Below are positions 34,864-43,821 of a stretch of 54,914 nucleotides of DNA, in pieces. How positions within the stretch are numbered: the stretch's first letter is position 1; each line of letters opens with the position of its first letter. This DNA comes from Candidatus Falkowbacteria bacterium (GTDB lineage: Bacteria > Patescibacteriota > Patescibacteriia > Patescibacteriales > UBA12465). The translations under genes and the position numbers were made by a program. Under the pieces are notes generated by a model. The model searched no databases, was not told the origin of the DNA, and saw only the letters and a program-made list of their open reading frames with translations. The stretch covers positions 1 to 54,914 of the forward strand of contig JBAXPN010000005.1 of assembly GCA_037132255.1 (NCBI GenBank), read 5' to 3'.

Positions 34864-35268
34864 TTACTTCCCTCTGTCCATCGCTTCATTGGCGAGACGA
34901 TCAGCTTCTTTATTCCGCTCCCGCGGAATATGAGTATAAGAAATTTTCTTAAAATCTAAACTTAAATTGTGAATCATTAAAAACAAAGGCGCTAAGTCTT
35001 TGTTTTTTACTTTATATTCCCGTTTCAATTGTTTAACGACTAATTCGCTATCAAGATAACAATCAAGCTCGCTAGCGCCTAAAGATTTCGCTCGAGTTAT
35101 GGCAGCGATTAAAGCTTTATACTCCGCCTGATTATTCGTAGCGACGCCTAAATACTCAGAAATTTCGGCAATTACTTTTTTATTTTCATCATAAATAACA
35201 GCTCCAATTCCGGCTGGACCAGGATTACCACGCGCTCCACCGTCAGTAAAAATAATAACTTTAGTCAT
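34864..35268 (-). CDS. rnhA: Ribonuclease HI-family protein
   Basis: 134 aa. FTDGGARGNPGPAGIG, NNQAEYKALI, DSELVVKQ, and NKEADRLAN, which carries the DEDD catalytic pattern. Confidence 0.85.
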   Translation of the reverse strand: MTKVIIFTDGGARGNPGPAGIGAVIYDENKKVIAEISEYLGVATNNQAEYKALIAAITRAKSLGASELDCYLDSELVVKQLKREYKVKNKDLAPLFLMIHNLSLDFKKISYTHIPRERNKEADRLANEAMDRGK

Positions 35269-37090
35269 ACTTTTTTATATCAATCATTTTTAATTGCGGT
35301 TCACGGCGTCCGTTAAAATCATTAACCTCTAAATAATAGACTAGATTAACGCGATCTCCAATTTTATACTCTTTATAGTTTGCGGCTCCACCAAAAGCGA
35401 GCGCCCAAAAAGAATGTGCATTTTTTGCCGGAGAAGCGGAATTATATTGTGAGAATCTAATTTTAATATGTTGATTATCAAAACCCATTGTTGTAATATC
35501 ATCAATTCTTAAATCATAGGAAACGAATCTTGGTTGCTGATTGTTTTGACCATAAGGTGCAAGTTTATTTATATCATCCGCTAAATCTAAATTAATCGCT
35601 GAAAAATCTAATTCTGTTTCAATTTTTAATTTCGGAATCAACGCCGTTTTTTCAATTCTTTCTTCTGCTAATTTTTGGATACTAGCTGTAAATTTTCCTA
35701 AACTTTCTTCCGACTTAACAGAAAAACCACAAGCCATCGGATGACCGCCGTATTTATCTAAATTCTCGGCACAATCTTCAATGGCGTGAATAAGATTAAA
35801 TTCTTCGACTGAGCGACCAGAGCCTTTGAAGGCAACTTTCTTCGGTACTAATTTTTTCGCGATCGGATCAAATTCCGCCTCTTCAATTAAACGAGTAATT
35901 ATCAGAGTCGGGCGATAATATTTTTCCGTAATTTTTCCGGCCACAAGACCAATAACGCCCTCATTCCAAATTTGATCTTCACCGGCGATACCGACAATGA
36001 GATTAGGTAAATTATTTTTATCTATTTGTTCTTCTACTTGAGAAATTATTTCTTCAGTAATTTGCTGACGACTAATATTTCGCTGATTGAGCTCTGTCGC
36101 TAGTTCGGCGGCCTCTGCCTGATCGGTCGTTGTTAAGAGTGCAAAGGCGCTATTAGCGTGGCTCAAACGGCTCGCTGCATTTAAACGCGGACCAATTTGC
36201 CAACCAATATTCCAAGCTTCAAGCGGCTTCCCGCTATTAATTTTTGAAACTTTAATTAATTCATTTAGACCCAAGCGCTTACTGGTATTTAAAATCTTTA
36301 AGCCACTTTTAACGAGTAGTCGATTTTCACCAAGAAGACTAACCATATCCGCGACCGTTCCGACGGCTACAAGATCAAGACTTTTATCAAGAATCAATTG
36401 CTTCTGTTTCTCTGGTAAATTGGCTTTAAAAAGTAGGGCGCTGATTAGTTTAAAGGCTACTCCAACGCCCGCTAAATAAGGCCAGGGGTAGGCCTCAGCC
36501 TTATCGGCAGGATCAATATAAAGGCAATCTGGGGCGTCTTTTGGATCTTCAGGCAAGACGTGGTGATCGGTCACAATAATTTCTAGCCCTTTACTTTTAG
36601 CGTAAGCAATTTCTTCTTTGTTGCGGATTCCATTATCAACTGTGATAAGCAATTTAAAACCCTGGGCCACAATCTGATTAATGGCTACCTTATTTAAACC
36701 ATAACCCTCAGTAACACGGTCTGGTAAATAAACCTCAACTGTCGCTTTAAGTATTTTTAGAGTTTCGAGAAGAATAACTGAAGATGTAACGCCATCAGCA
36801 TCATAATCGCCGTAGACAACTATCGGGCTTCCCTTTTTTATATGACCAATTATTAAATCAACAGCCGCCGCCATATTTTTAAAGAGAAAGGGGTCATAAA
36901 AAGCGTGCTCAGGATTTTCCCCAATCACTAAAATCTTATCGGCGCTTAATTCGCTATCAAGAAATGCCTTTATATCAACTTTATTTTTCAAATCGCGATT
37001 AAAGAGTAACTGCAAAAGAACCGGATTAATTTCCGGGTATTCATGCAAAAACTCGTCGCTTGCTTTAGGCGAAATTTGCCATTTCTTCAT
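35261..37090 (-). CDS. recJ: Single-stranded-DNA-specific exonuclease RecJ
   Basis: 609 aa. DHH motifs GDYDADGVTS, ITVDNGI, IVTDHH. DHHA1 GGHPMACG. Confidence 0.9.
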   Translation of the reverse strand: MKKWQISPKASDEFLHEYPEINPVLLQLLFNRDLKNKVDIKAFLDSELSADKILVIGENPEHAFYDPFLFKNMAAAVDLIIGHIKKGSPIVVYGDYDADGVTSSVILLETLKILKATVEVYLPDRVTEGYGLNKVAINQIVAQGFKLLITVDNGIRNKEEIAYAKSKGLEIIVTDHHVLPEDPKDAPDCLYIDPADKAEAYPWPYLAGVGVAFKLISALLFKANLPEKQKQLILDKSLDLVAVGTVADMVSLLGENRLLVKSGLKILNTSKRLGLNELIKVSKINSGKPLEAWNIGWQIGPRLNAASRLSHANSAFALLTTTDQAEAAELATELNQRNISRQQITEEIISQVEEQIDKNNLPNLIVGIAGEDQIWNEGVIGLVAGKITEKYYRPTLIITRLIEEAEFDPIAKKLVPKKVAFKGSGRSVEEFNLIHAIEDCAENLDKYGGHPMACGFSVKSEESLGKFTASIQKLAEERIEKTALIPKLKIETELDFSAINLDLADDINKLAPYGQNNQQPRFVSYDLRIDDITTMGFDNQHIKIRFSQYNSASPAKNAHSFWALAFGGAANYKEYKIGDRVNLVYYLEVNDFNGRREPQLKMIDIKKYD

Positions 37091-37110
37091 GGCGATATAT
37101 TATAATTTTA

Positions 37111-37209
37111 TTAATAAAACATTGATCCGAAAGACCAGGCTAACATAGAAACTACGACAAGAGCCGAAATAATCGTCCAAACTACTTTAATAACTTTTTT
37201 TCTTTTCAT
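37111..37209 (-). CDS. Possible 32-aa small membrane protein (MKRKKVIKVVWTIISALVVVSMLAWSFGSMFY)
   Basis: ATG 1 nt after the lepA stop. Positive N-terminus plus one TM helix. It fills the otherwise empty lepA-recJ gap. Translated by hand. Confidence 0.4.
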   Translation of the reverse strand: MKRKKVIKVVWTIISALVVVSMLAWSFGSMFY

Positions 37210-37210
37210 A

Positions 37211-39037
37211 TTATCTTTTTAAAATCTTAACAAATGTATCAGCTGGAATATCAACACTCCCCTTGCCTGCGGCCATCATCTTTTTCTTACCCTTTTTCTG
37301 TTTTTCGAGTAACTTTCTTTTTCGTGTAACGTCGCCGCCATATAATTTAGCAGTTACATCTTTACGCATGGCTGATAATTTTTCCGCAGCAATCACTTTA
37401 CCGTGTAGAGCGGCTTGAATTTTAATCGCAAACATTTGCCGTGGCAAATTATTTTTTAGAATATCAACAATCTCGCGTCCTTCACGCATCGCTTCATCGC
37501 GATAAACTATTGTCGCTAGCGACTCAATCGGCTCCTCGGCGACGAGAATATCCATGCGAACGACATCGGCCGGGCGATAATCAAGATATTCATAATTTAT
37601 TGAAGCATAGCCTGATGAGACACTCTTAATCTTATCATAAAAATCCGTTAAAATCGCGGACATCGGAATTTCATAATGGAGAATTACCCGCGGCTCATCG
37701 CTATCGGCCGAAATATACTCAGTATTTTTATAAATACCACGCTTTTCTTGAGAAAGTTTTATAATATTACCCATAAAACTTTTCGGAGTGATAACATCAA
37801 GGCTAACCCACGGTTCCTCAATTATATCGATATGGGTTGGGTCCGGTAAACGTTGAGGCGTACGAATAATCGTTTCTTCGCCGCTATTTTTTAAAACTTT
37901 ATAGGCAACGCTCGGAACAGTTACAATCAAATCTAAATTATATTCTCGTCGGAGCCTCTCTTGAAAAACTTCTAAATGAAGTAGACCGAGAAAGCCGCAA
38001 CGAAAACCAAAACCTAATGCATCTGATCTTTCTGGCTCATATGATAAGGCCGCATCGTTAAGCTTTAATTTTTCCATGGCTTCGCGAAGTTCTTTAAAGT
38101 CATTACCTTCGCGCGGGAAAATACCAGCAAAAACCATCGGCTTAACCTCTTTATATCCGGGTAACGCCTCAATCTTTGCAAAATTAGCCACTCCAGTATT
38201 GGCGGTTATTGTATCACCGACGCGACAATCACTAACTGTTTTAAAACCAGTAATAATATAACCAATTTCGCCCGGTCGAAGTTCTCCGGTCGATAAATAA
38301 TCCGGCTTAAATATACCACAATCAAGGACTTCACTCTCAACTCGCATCGAAAGCAAGCGAATCTTATCGCCCTTTTTAATCGTCCCATTAAAAACACGGA
38401 CATAAGCAACCACCCCGCGATAAATATCGTATTTAGAATCAAAAATTAACGCGCGCGGGTAATTATCCGCGTCGCCCAGTTCGTCCTCCTTCGGCGCTAA
38501 ACCTTTTTTAATAACTTCATCAAGAACGGCCGCGACGCCCTCGCCAGTTTTTCCTGAGCAGCAAAAAATATCTTCCTCTTTGCAACCTAGTAATTTTATT
38601 ATTTCTCTTTTTGTCTTTGGTACGTCGGCTGCCGGCAAATCAATTTTATTTACAACCGGAATAATCGTTAGGTTCTGCTCAATCGCTAGATATAAATTGG
38701 CGAGAGTCTGCGCTTGGATTCCCTGTGTGCAATCGACTAAAAGAACGGCCGTTTCAACAGCTGCCAGAGAGCGCGAAACCTCGTATGAGAAATCGACATG
38801 GCCGGGAGTATCAATTAAATCTAATTTATAACCCTGGTAATCCATGGTTACTGGCTGTAATTTAATTGTGATTCCCCGCTCCCGTTCGATATCCATGCCA
38901 TCTAAAATCTGATCTTTCATTTTTCTTTTATCAACGGTCCCGGTGATTTCCAACATACGATCAGCAAGGGTAGATTTCCCGTGATCGATGTGAGCCAAAA
39001 TTGCGAAGTTCCTAATTTTTTGTATTTCGTCTTGCAT
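37211..39037 (-). CDS. lepA: Translation elongation factor 4 (LepA)
   Basis: 608 aa. IRNFAILAHIDHGKSTLADR, DTPGHVDF, NKIDL. LepA-specific C-terminal domain. Confidence 0.95.
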   Translation of the reverse strand: MQDEIQKIRNFAILAHIDHGKSTLADRMLEITGTVDKRKMKDQILDGMDIERERGITIKLQPVTMDYQGYKLDLIDTPGHVDFSYEVSRSLAAVETAVLLVDCTQGIQAQTLANLYLAIEQNLTIIPVVNKIDLPAADVPKTKREIIKLLGCKEEDIFCCSGKTGEGVAAVLDEVIKKGLAPKEDELGDADNYPRALIFDSKYDIYRGVVAYVRVFNGTIKKGDKIRLLSMRVESEVLDCGIFKPDYLSTGELRPGEIGYIITGFKTVSDCRVGDTITANTGVANFAKIEALPGYKEVKPMVFAGIFPREGNDFKELREAMEKLKLNDAALSYEPERSDALGFGFRCGFLGLLHLEVFQERLRREYNLDLIVTVPSVAYKVLKNSGEETIIRTPQRLPDPTHIDIIEEPWVSLDVITPKSFMGNIIKLSQEKRGIYKNTEYISADSDEPRVILHYEIPMSAILTDFYDKIKSVSSGYASINYEYLDYRPADVVRMDILVAEEPIESLATIVYRDEAMREGREIVDILKNNLPRQMFAIKIQAALHGKVIAAEKLSAMRKDVTAKLYGGDVTRKRKLLEKQKKGKKKMMAAGKGSVDIPADTFVKILKR

Positions 39038-39848
39038 TGATATTATTTAAACATTTATTCAAATCTGAGATTCTTTTCTTATGTTTTAAAAATGGTTTAA
39101 TTATAATTAGTAATTTTTCAAGTGATTGCTTCTCGCTAACTCTTATCCGCCACAAATCTTTATGATATTTATATCCTTTTGCTAAATTATATACTTGATT
39201 TTGTTTTCCAATCTGTGTTGGCTTTGGACATTTAATTTCGTTTTTCTTAAACCAGTCATAATACCAAAAAATTGTATTCTTATCATAGCTATCTATTTTA
39301 AATCTAGCTCGTCCGTCGTATATTCCTATATTTGCCTCTGCATCTATATAACCCGACGCAAAGGATGCCGAGCAAATACTATCAAGTGAAATCCATTCTT
39401 CAACAATATCGCATTTCGGAAGAAGAAAACTAAAACTATAATTAAGAAAACAGTTTACACCAAAAGAACTATTTTTAACGCTCTTATTTATGCTAACTTG
39501 CCCATATTCAGAGAATAATTCAGTCATTATATCAACTTGATCTTGTTGCGTTGTGTGACACCTCACAACAATCACCTCTGATTTTTCTGATGTTTGGTAA
39601 ACATTTAAATCGCCCAAACGAAATCCCATCATGTAAGCCTTAACATATTCCGTATTATGAAAATCTTTTTTTTCATACTTGCTCTGAATGATTGAGCGTG
39701 ATAATGGCTCTAAGCCCAATTCCCTCATTCTATTTAAAACCGTTGCAAAGCTACAACCATAAATATCGCCTATTTTATATTTAGACTTCTTTTCTTTATA
39801 ATAAAGTCTAATTAATTCATTTTTTGGAATAATTATTTTCTTTCTCAT
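39012..39848 (-). CDS. Free-standing double-motif LAGLIDADG-family homing-endonuclease-like protein with an N-terminal HTH
   Basis: 278 aa. Motif 1 YMMGFRLGDLNVY, motif 2 FASGYIDAEANIGIY. HTH-like IGDIYGCSFATVLNRMRELG. The 3' end overlaps the lepA start by 26 nt. Confidence 0.7.
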   Translation of the reverse strand: MRKKIIIPKNELIRLYYKEKKSKYKIGDIYGCSFATVLNRMRELGLEPLSRSIIQSKYEKKDFHNTEYVKAYMMGFRLGDLNVYQTSEKSEVIVVRCHTTQQDQVDIMTELFSEYGQVSINKSVKNSSFGVNCFLNYSFSFLLPKCDIVEEWISLDSICSASFASGYIDAEANIGIYDGRARFKIDSYDKNTIFWYYDWFKKNEIKCPKPTQIGKQNQVYNLAKGYKYHKDLWRIRVSEKQSLEKLLIIIKPFLKHKKRISDLNKCLNNINARRNTKN

Positions 39849-39898
39849 TGCAGAATAATACCATTAATTGTTAAACTGTGCAATGATGCAAATATACC

Positions 39899-41545
39899 TT
39901 ATACTCCTCGCGCTTCGCCCTGATCATCAACTTTAAGTTTCTTAAACGGCAAACGATTTCGGAGTGACGCTAGAAGACCAAATAATTCTTCACTCTTAAA
40001 TAAATAACAAAATAAAGCGTAAACAATAATTCCAACAATAGCAGCTACAGATAACTGGATAAATACACCGCTAAATTTAGTCATATCAATAAATGGCCAA
40101 ATAACAGACTTCATTACCTGGGCTGACCCTCCAGCCGCAATCGCACTGGCAGTAAATTTTAACACAGAACCCAAAATATTACTAATATCTAGATTGCCGA
40201 TAGAAAAATTAAGCCAGAGCCATAAAAGGATAAAATTTAAAATATTGGCGATTGAAAAAGCAAGCGCCAATCCAGCTACACCCATAGAAGGCGCAAACAA
40301 ATATGATAAACCTATATTTAAAGCGACAGTAAACAAACCGAGATAAAAAGGTGTTTCTGAATTATGGCGCGCATAGAAAACTCGAATTAAAAGCGGCGTA
40401 CATGCTTGAGCAAATAAGCTTAAAGAAAAATAGCCCAAAGTATTCATCGTTAAAATAGTATCTTGCCAATCAAAATTTCCAGTGCCTAAAACAACGCGGA
40501 TAATTTGAGCACGAAGGGTAATAATCAAAACCGTAGCCGGCACAATAAAAAATAAAATCTGTCTGATAGTTTGTGAAAAACTTGATGTTAATTTTTCTTT
40601 GTCGAAAGCATTGGCCGCTAAACTAGGAAAGGCGGCAATAGCAAAAGATATTCCAAAGATTCCAATCGGAAAAGACTGCAAATTATTAGCCAAATTGAAA
40701 ATTGAAAGTGACCCGCTCGATAAACTCGAAGCAATGATAGTAATTACAACTAAATTAATTTGTGAAATCGCCAAACTCAGAGTTCGCGGAATCATCATTT
40801 TTCCAATCTTGATTGTATTTATATCTCGCCAAATAATTTTAAAACGGTAACGGAAGCCAAGATGTGAAACAAGTGGGATCTGGATTGCCATATGCATAAA
40901 AGCCCCGAGCACAACGCCCCAGGCCAATCCATATAAGCCCCACCAATTAACGAAATACAAAGCGCCAATAATTATTCCTAAATTATAAAATATCGGGGCG
41001 AGCGAATAAATTAAGAATCTCTTAAACGACTGTAAAATGCCGCCCAGTATACCGGAGATTCCTAGAAATAAGGGTGACAAAAACATAACACGCGTTAGAG
41101 CGCTTGTCGTTGCTTGTTCTTCTGGACCAAATCCGGGAGTAATTAAACGTGTTAAAAGTGGAGCAAAAATTATACCAATTGCCGAAAGCAATGCTAAACC
41201 AATTAATAAATAATTTAAAACATTATTAGCCAAACCCCAGGCTTCTTTATTTTGCTCATGCGGATCACAATTATTTTTTGTTTCGCATGACAAATCTTTA
41301 ATCAGGGATGTAAAGATTGGCACAAAGCCGGCCGATAAAGCACCTAATACTATTAAATTAAAAATTAAATCCGGAATACGGAAAGCCGCATAATATATAT
41401 CTAACGTTGTACTGGCGCCAAATTGCCCGGCTAGAATACGGTCACGAATAACCCCCAAAAATCTTGAAGCAAGCGAAGACAGTGCAACTAGAGCCGCGGC
41501 GACTGTAATACTATTAATTTGTTGGCGAAAAAGCTTCTTAAACAT
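39899..41545 (-). CDS. murJ: Lipid II flippase MurJ
   Basis: 548 aa, about 14 TM. N-terminal LASRFLGVIRDRILAGQFGAS..LDIYYAAFRIPD is characteristic of MurJ/MviN. Confidence 0.88.
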   Translation of the reverse strand: MFKKLFRQQINSITVAAALVALSSLASRFLGVIRDRILAGQFGASTTLDIYYAAFRIPDLIFNLIVLGALSAGFVPIFTSLIKDLSCETKNNCDPHEQNKEAWGLANNVLNYLLIGLALLSAIGIIFAPLLTRLITPGFGPEEQATTSALTRVMFLSPLFLGISGILGGILQSFKRFLIYSLAPIFYNLGIIIGALYFVNWWGLYGLAWGVVLGAFMHMAIQIPLVSHLGFRYRFKIIWRDINTIKIGKMMIPRTLSLAISQINLVVITIIASSLSSGSLSIFNLANNLQSFPIGIFGISFAIAAFPSLAANAFDKEKLTSSFSQTIRQILFFIVPATVLIITLRAQIIRVVLGTGNFDWQDTILTMNTLGYFSLSLFAQACTPLLIRVFYARHNSETPFYLGLFTVALNIGLSYLFAPSMGVAGLALAFSIANILNFILLWLWLNFSIGNLDISNILGSVLKFTASAIAAGGSAQVMKSVIWPFIDMTKFSGVFIQLSVAAIVGIIVYALFCYLFKSEELFGLLASLRNRLPFKKLKVDDQGEARGV

Positions 41546-41549
41546 ACTA

Positions 41550-43097
41550 TTATCTTAGCTGGTTTGATAGATTAAGCAAGCGAGAATAAGCCTCATAATT
41601 ACGCGGATTAGACTTAAGCGCAGCGCCCCATAAGTCACCCGCTTCTGTCAAACGCTTCTCGGAATAATATAAATTACCAAGGTTAACTAAGGCCTTATCA
41701 TAACTCGGATAAAGGCTTAATTCTTTTTTATATTCTCTCTCGGCTTGCCCATAATTACCCTGATCAAAATAAATTAAACCAAGATTATTATGAGCCATTG
41801 GCTCCTTGTCGTTAATAGCGAGCGCCTGGCGGTAGCTCTTCTCTGCTTCGACTAAATTATTATCAAGATAATACATCGCCCCTAAATTACGATTTGCAAG
41901 GGCTGAATGCGGTGAAGTACTGACCGCGGACTGCCAAAATGAAATTCTATTTTTAAAAACCTGAAGATGACGATAACTTAAAGCCATAAAAAATACGATT
42001 AAGAGAATGGCGATAATTTTACTAATTCTTTTCCTAAAATCAAAATTCTTAATCCAATCAATTTCGGCAATTATAATAAACAATCCAATTATTGGTAAAT
42101 AAAGACGATGCTCAAGAAAGTCTGGCGTATCGATCGGATTAAGACGTACGAGAGACGGTAGAAGAAATAAAATAAACCAGGAAAAACCAAGAAGAAGATA
42201 TGAGCTTCGTTTATTTTTAGAAAAAAATAGTGCTAAGAGTAAAAGTGGCAAAATAATTAGGCCATAAACTATTTTGGCATCAGCTAAAATAGGCAACACA
42301 GCCAAATCAAAAGGCAGGAAAACCTTCCCTAAGCTTACAAGGAGAGCTGGTGCATTACGAAGGACCGAATCAAAGACTATTTTTAGTGATAAAGGGTCAG
42401 ACTCAAGCGCAAAACTTCTAAATATATACCAAATTATACCGACGGCTAAAGAACCAAAAACCAAAAGCCATTTATCGGATTTCGATATTTTTTTTCGATC
42501 AATTAATAAGAAATATATGATTACTATAACAGGCAAAAGTGCCGCCGTTTCTTTAGTAAAGAGCGCTAATAAAAGACAGGCTAAATATCCAACGAAATAC
42601 TTGAGTTTCGGGCTTTCTTTAAATTCCAAAAATAGATTAAAGGCGGCCAGCACAAAGAGGGCGAGCAAAGAGTCATTTCTTCCCGGTATCCAAGCAACCG
42701 CCTGAGTTAGAACTGGATGAACAATAAAAATAGCGGCAAATAGCCAGGCCAAAATCCGAGAATAATTTAATTTTATAAACAAACGATAGATTAACCAGGC
42801 AACCAAAATATGGATTAAAATATTACTTAAATGGTAGATAAATGGAAGCATACCAGCAATATGCATATCAAGCATGAGCGATACATTTAAGATCGGACGA
42901 TAATAATATTTGGTCATCGAAAAAAAAGCATCACTAGTAAAAACCGTTCCGATATTTTTGAAGCTACCGATTATAGGAGCATTCTCAATAATTAAACTCT
43001 GATCATCAAGATATGAAAAATCAAAAAACAGGGCTTGCGTATAAAGCAGAAACCCGAGAACAAATAAAAGAAAATATGGACGCCAGCCTTTTTGCAT
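41550..43097 (-). CDS. GT-C-type (PMT/TMTC-like) membrane glycosyltransferase with C-terminal TPR repeats
   Basis: 515 aa. N-terminal FDFSYLDDQSLIIEN..YYYRPILNVSLMLD..YHLSNILIH pattern as in TMTC/PMT_2-like proteins. About 10 TM. C-terminal TPRs (NLGAMYY..AEKSYRQAL, NLGLIYF..AEREYKKEL). Confidence 0.65.
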   Translation of the reverse strand: MQKGWRPYFLLFVLGFLLYTQALFFDFSYLDDQSLIIENAPIIGSFKNIGTVFTSDAFFSMTKYYYRPILNVSLMLDMHIAGMLPFIYHLSNILIHILVAWLIYRLFIKLNYSRILAWLFAAIFIVHPVLTQAVAWIPGRNDSLLALFVLAAFNLFLEFKESPKLKYFVGYLACLLLALFTKETAALLPVIVIIYFLLIDRKKISKSDKWLLVFGSLAVGIIWYIFRSFALESDPLSLKIVFDSVLRNAPALLVSLGKVFLPFDLAVLPILADAKIVYGLIILPLLLLALFFSKNKRSSYLLLGFSWFILFLLPSLVRLNPIDTPDFLEHRLYLPIIGLFIIIAEIDWIKNFDFRKRISKIIAILLIVFFMALSYRHLQVFKNRISFWQSAVSTSPHSALANRNLGAMYYLDNNLVEAEKSYRQALAINDKEPMAHNNLGLIYFDQGNYGQAEREYKKELSLYPSYDKALVNLGNLYYSEKRLTEAGDLWGAALKSNPRNYEAYSRLLNLSNQLR

Positions 43098-43098
43098 A

Positions 43099-43809
43099 CT
43101 ACTTCGAAGAAAAAAAGTATTTTAGCGCGACGCCGACTGTCGCTAAGCCATACTTCAAGCTACGCCTGAAGTTTATTGATGAGGCTTCTTTAAAGTAGCG
43201 AACAGGCGCTGGGACCTCGCCGATACGATAACGCAGAGCGACGATCTGAAATAAAACTTGGGTATCGAAAACAAAATCATCAGAATTATTTTGCCACTTA
43301 ATTTTTTCGAGGACCTCCCTCTTGTAAGCGCGCATACCAGTATGCCATTCGGATAAATTATAGCCGGATGCAAAATTCTCGAAAATAGTTAAAGCGCGAT
43401 TAGCGAAATATTTATATAATGGCATCCCTCCCGCTAGCGCCTCCCTGCGACTGCGGATACGCGTTCCGAGCATAACGTCAAAATAATTATTACCAATAAA
43501 CTCGGCGAAGAAATTTATTAATTTAGGATCGTATTGATAGTCAGGGTGAATCATAACCACAATATCTGCTCCGTGTTCAAGCGCTAGACGGTAACATGTC
43601 TTTTGATTCGCGCCGTAACCACCATTATGCTCATGCTGAAATATAAACAGGCCTAAGCGTTTAGCCTCAGCAACTGTCGCATCGCTACTTTTATCATCAA
43701 CTAAAATTATTTCATCGACTATTTCTGGGATATCGTCGACCGTCATCGCTAAAGTCGCAGCGGCGTTATAAGCAGGCAAAACGACAACAATTTTTTGTTG
43801 ATTATACAT
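43099..43809 (-). CDS. Family 2 glycosyltransferase (polyprenyl-phosphate sugar synthase-like)
   Basis: 236 aa. VVVLPAYNAAATL, ILVDDKSSD, GYGANQ motifs. Confidence 0.8.
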   Translation of the reverse strand: MYNQQKIVVVLPAYNAAATLAMTVDDIPEIVDEIILVDDKSSDATVAEAKRLGLFIFQHEHNGGYGANQKTCYRLALEHGADIVVMIHPDYQYDPKLINFFAEFIGNNYFDVMLGTRIRSRREALAGGMPLYKYFANRALTIFENFASGYNLSEWHTGMRAYKREVLEKIKWQNNSDDFVFDTQVLFQIVALRYRIGEVPAPVRYFKEASSINFRRSLKYGLATVGVALKYFFSSK

Positions 43810-43821
43810 AATTTTTTGCTC

